Below are positions 29,153 through 32,000 of a stretch of DNA of 32,000 bases, piece after piece. Source of the stretch: Candidatus Baldrarchaeota archaeon (GTDB taxonomy: Archaea > Asgardarchaeota > Baldrarchaeia > Baldrarchaeales > DXJG01). Positions within the stretch are counted from its first letter, which is position 1. The number at the start of each line of letters is the position of its first letter. Below the pieces are notes generated by a model. It saw only the letters and a program-made list of their open reading frames with translations, was not told where the DNA came from and searched no databases. The position numbers and the translations under genes were made by a program. Where the stretch lies: the NCBI GenBank assembly GCA_019056805.1, contig DXJG01000001.1, forward strand, positions 30,001 to 62,000. Reading direction: 5' to 3'.

Positions 29153-29323
29153 ACAATTAGTAATTGTTACTATCTTTACTTATGTAAAATTAGTAATCTC
29201 CCATATAAGATGGATTTTCATATAATTTAATCTTCCTATAAAAATAACTTGACCAGGTTATCATTTCGAGTTGAGGATCTAGTTACGTTAGTAACAAGAA
29301 ATCTCTTTCTTCTTCTTTTCACT

Positions 29324-29343
29324 TTCCAAATGAAGTTAAGGGG
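29324..29343 (+). promoter_or_regulatory. ORB-like element with G-string
   Basis: TTCCAAATGAAGTTAAGGGG. Confidence 0.65.
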
Positions 29344-29399
29344 TAGGAGGTCTTTCTTGTTACGAAGTTAACAATAGAATTTTTACATATGACTTGTTT

Positions 29400-29430
29400 C
29401 TTGTTTCCTTTGTAACAAGAAGATTAATAT
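29400..29430 (-). repeat. 31-bp perfect inverted repeat, right copy
   Basis: Reverse complement of 25891-25921. Confidence 0.9.
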
Positions 29431-29476
29431 GCTCAAATGCGGTATTGTGTGTATGATTATGTTGTGATGTTGAGAG

Positions 29477-29935
29477 GTGGGGTGTATGGTTGTTCCTCTT
29501 GTTGTGTTCTGTTTTGACTTTAGTAAGAAGCCTGAGGATGTGGAAGATTATCGGAGATGGGCTAGACGTAAAACGGTCTTTTATAGGAAATTATATGGAG
29601 CAGATGTGAAGAATGTTAAGCGAAGAGTTGATGGATCCTTTTTGGAAGCTGTTTATCATGTTCACGGTTTAACTGATGTTATTCCTTGTTTAAGACTTGA
29701 TAGAAGTGTTTTTGCTATTAGACCTGAAGATCTTCCCCGTGTTATCAAGTTTTTCGAAAAGTTTCCTGAGGTTGAGTACAGGTTTTTCTTAGGTATTTTT
29801 GATGAGAAAGAAGTTAAAAATGAAATGTTATCTTCTGTTATTTCTAAGGAAGATCTCACATTGCTTGAGAGGATATATAGGGAAATTACTAGTATTGGAA
29901 ATAAAAGTAGAGATTTTGTTGATGATAATTTATAA
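29477..29935 (+). CDS. Hypothetical protein, possibly Cas2/VapD/PaaX-CTD-like ferredoxin fold
   Basis: 152 aa ORF with SD GAGGTG; pattern FDF...FYRKLYG...RL..SVF; fold is inferred. Confidence 0.6.
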   Translation: MGCMVVPLVVFCFDFSKKPEDVEDYRRWARRKTVFYRKLYGADVKNVKRRVDGSFLEAVYHVHGLTDVIPCLRLDRSVFAIRPEDLPRVIKFFEKFPEVEYRFFLGIFDEKEVKNEMLSSVISKEDLTLLERIYREITSIGNKSRDFVDDNL

Positions 29936-29971
29936 TTATTGTAGAGGGCGCTGGCTTAATAATGGTCTTAT

Positions 29972-30205
29972 TTAAGAAACTACTTCATAGTATACTTTTG
30001 GCCTGCCTCTGCCGTCACCCTTCACTGGAACTTTTCGGACCTTGCCCTTTAGAACTAGTTTGATAAGCTTGTCGTAGAGAGTCGTTCGGGGCACTCCAGT
30101 TATTTTCATTAACTCAGTTCTCGTAAGGGGCCCCTTCTCTTTGAGTATTTGAATTAATTCTTCTTCCTGAATTCCCTTTTTAATATTGGTTGTGTCTTTG
30201 GTCAT
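29972..30205 (-). CDS. Small winged-helix DNA-binding protein (TrmB/ArsR-like)
   Basis: LTRTELMKITGVPRTTLYDKLIKL...GRGRPKVYY. Confidence 0.85.
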   Translation of the reverse strand: MTKDTTNIKKGIQEEELIQILKEKGPLTRTELMKITGVPRTTLYDKLIKLVLKGKVRKVPVKGDGRGRPKVYYEVVS

Positions 30206-30307
30206 TTGTATCGCCTCTCAGAAGTAGAAATATGCTTTATTTATAACTTTTTCTAAACACGGTTAATTCAAAAGATAGGTTATTTGAAAAATTCGTAAGA
30301 GATTTTA

Positions 30308-30745
30308 TTAAGGAATTTCTTTTTCTAAAGCTTTTTCAACTACTCTGTATTCTCTTTTTGATCTTTCTCCACGTCTGTCGAGTAATCCACTGTTGTATAG
30401 CCTTGCTAGGTATGTTGAGACTGTACTAGGGTTTATTGGTTCTCCAAACTGTCTTTGGTATTCTTCTTTTATGTCTGTTGACCTGAACCATCCGTATTTG
30501 AAGTTGTTTCTAATGATCCACCAAAGTTTTTCTTTTATTGATAATGAGTTTAGGTCTAGATATATAACTTCATCTGAACGTAGCTCTCTCTTTTCTTGTT
30601 TTGCTTTCGAGAGAATTGCATCAATGTATCCTTGAATTTGTTCCTTATCCAGTGCGGCTTTTCCTCTGACTATCAGTTTTATTTCTCCTTTTCCTGGTAT
30701 TTTAAGCTTTATTTCCACTTCTGCGTTGCTTTCCACTGTTTTCAC
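30308..30745 (-). CDS. Protein with a C-terminal winged-helix domain
   Basis: FRSTDIKEEY...INPSTVSTYLARLYNSGLLDRRG. Confidence 0.8.
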   Translation of the reverse strand: MKTVESNAEVEIKLKIPGKGEIKLIVRGKAALDKEQIQGYIDAILSKAKQEKRELRSDEVIYLDLNSLSIKEKLWWIIRNNFKYGWFRSTDIKEEYQRQFGEPINPSTVSTYLARLYNSGLLDRRGERSKREYRVVEKALEKEIP

Positions 30746-30764
30746 CAGTATTCACTATTCACAG

Positions 30765-30788
30765 TGTGAAGTGTATATACACTTCACA
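30765..30788. promoter_or_regulatory. 24-bp perfect palindrome (probable operator)
   Basis: TGTGAAGTGTAT/ATACACTTCACA, between a TTTAAA box (about 30810-30815) and the start of ORF 30745. Confidence 0.7.
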
Positions 30789-31033
30789 TGTAAATGTGTG
30801 GTGAATGTGTTTAAAGGTTTGTATATTACCTTTGAAGGTGGGCGCCATGATAACAATATTGAATCTATTTTTAGATTTTTAATACTTCAGGTTCACTTGG
30901 AAGTTACTTGAGTATCTGAGTTTTTTATCAGCATTTTATCACTTTTTGAGGGAAGATTGCATTTTATTCTTTTTTCACTTTATTCACATTTTGTTTTTTT
31001 GGTTTTTTAAGTCTAGGGGGACCAGTAGATATC

Positions 31034-31053
31034 TTCCACTGGAAACAAAGGGG
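31034..31053 (+). promoter_or_regulatory. Origin recognition box (ORB) upstream of cdc6
   Basis: TTCCACTGGAAACAAAGGGG, preceded by a T-rich tract at about 30920-31010. Confidence 0.88.
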
Positions 31054-31442
31054 TCGATAATTATACACCAATTATCAAAATGATAGTGGCACAATACGAA
31101 TAATGTTTATTTTTGACAGACTTCTTGGATTATGCATTTCACAATCACATAGCGCCAAACGTCAAGTAGTTAACAAAATCACAAGATGTGAAGTGAAAGA
31201 GTTAAAAGAGAAGCAACATAACATTATAATTTGCTGCAATGATGTGTTTAATATTACCGAGTTTAATGACGATGTGACAGGCCGCTGAGCAACATATATT
31301 TTCAATTAACAATAGGATCCTGGTCCCTTTCTCCTAAAGAACTGTTTTGCAACGTCTTTAGACGTATTTGTGAGGGTTTACATTTTTGTTCCGATAAAGT
31401 TATAACCCTTATTTCGTGTGGAGTATTGTTGGGGGTTTGGGA

Positions 31443-32000
31443 GTGTCAAAAGAAAAGCCACTAGACAGCATATTTAAGCGTTTTCTGACTGCACCAAAGA
31501 TATTTAAAAATAGAGATGTTCTTAGACCGACCTATGTGCCAGATGAGCTTCCTCACAGGGAAAAACAAATAGCAAAGGTCGGTATGATTCTTGCATCTGC
31601 TCTTAGAGGGGGAACGCCTTCTAATATTTTTCTTTACGGCAAAACTGGCACTGGTAAAACCGTTGTTGCTCAATACGTTTTAAAGCATTTAAAAGAAAAA
31701 TGTATAGAGTTCGAAGTCCCCGTACCTATTACCTCTTACGTTAATTGTCGCATCGTTGATACTAGCTATCGTGTTTTAGCTCACTTATGTAACGATGTTG
31801 GTGTTAGTGTTCCCATTACAGGTTTGCCAACTGACACAGTTTATGATAAGTTTAGAAGGGGCCTAGATTCTAAAGGTCAACTTATGATTATTGTTTTAGA
31901 CGAAATAGATCAACTTGTTAGAAAAAATCGTGAGAGCGCGAACGATGTACTTTACGATTTAACGAGAATCAATTCGAGCTTAGAGAATTCTAAAGTAAGT
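31443..32000 (+). CDS. cdc6: Orc1/Cdc6 replication initiator, N-terminal part (runs off the window edge)
   Basis: Manual translation from GTG 31443: IFKNRDVLRPTYVPDELPHREKQ, YGKTGTGKT, YVNC, VLDEIDQL, LYDLTRIN. Absent from the ORF track. Confidence 0.93.
   Translation, partial: MSKEKPLDSIFKRFLTAPKIFKNRDVLRPTYVPDELPHREKQIAKVGMILASALRGGTPSNIFLYGKTGTGKTVVAQYVLKHLKEKCIEFEVPVPITSYVNCRIVDTSYRVLAHLCNDVGVSVPITGLPTDTVYDKFRRGLDSKGQLMIIVLDEIDQLVRKNRESANDVLYDLTRINSSLENSKVS

Noticed and set aside
25891-29430. CRISPR array or transposon ends
   Set aside because: Repeats are irregularly spaced with no spacer periodicity, there is no transposase, and the enclosed genes are housekeeping.
30726-31288. Short ORFs 30726-30911 and 31103-31288
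   Set aside because: They overlap operator and origin DNA and lack protein-like features.

Overview
Low-GC archaeal chromosomal window of mostly housekeeping genes. Elf1, Alba, Sec61-beta, ZPR1, a multi-OB RPA and Cdc6/ORB elements together suggest a TACK- or Asgard-like lineage (inference). It contains an MPE/SWIM/Lhr/EngB/RPA cluster, glyA, acdA, 2-oxoacid:ferredoxin oxidoreductase subunits, a class III aminotransferase, hypF and a probable replication origin next to cdc6. The main finding is four 26-35 nt bulge-helix-bulge (BHB) micro-introns inside protein-coding genes: three in glyA (14186-14213, 14097-14122, 13400-13428) and one in the oxidoreductase gamma subunit (19473-19507). Excision at standard archaeal tRNA-endonuclease positions restores the frame and the conserved motifs (ASEN, YAEG, AGKA, FGAERRG). 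Every upstream exon ends in GAA and every intron has an in-frame stop in its hairpin loop. This points to multi-gene, multi-intron pre-mRNA splicing in an archaeon. Second, the origin region carries ORBs, six copies of a parS-like TTGTTWC-N4-GWAACAA palindrome, a perfect 31-bp inverted repeat around hypF and a small wHTH cassette. All alignments and folds were done by eye; no searches were run.
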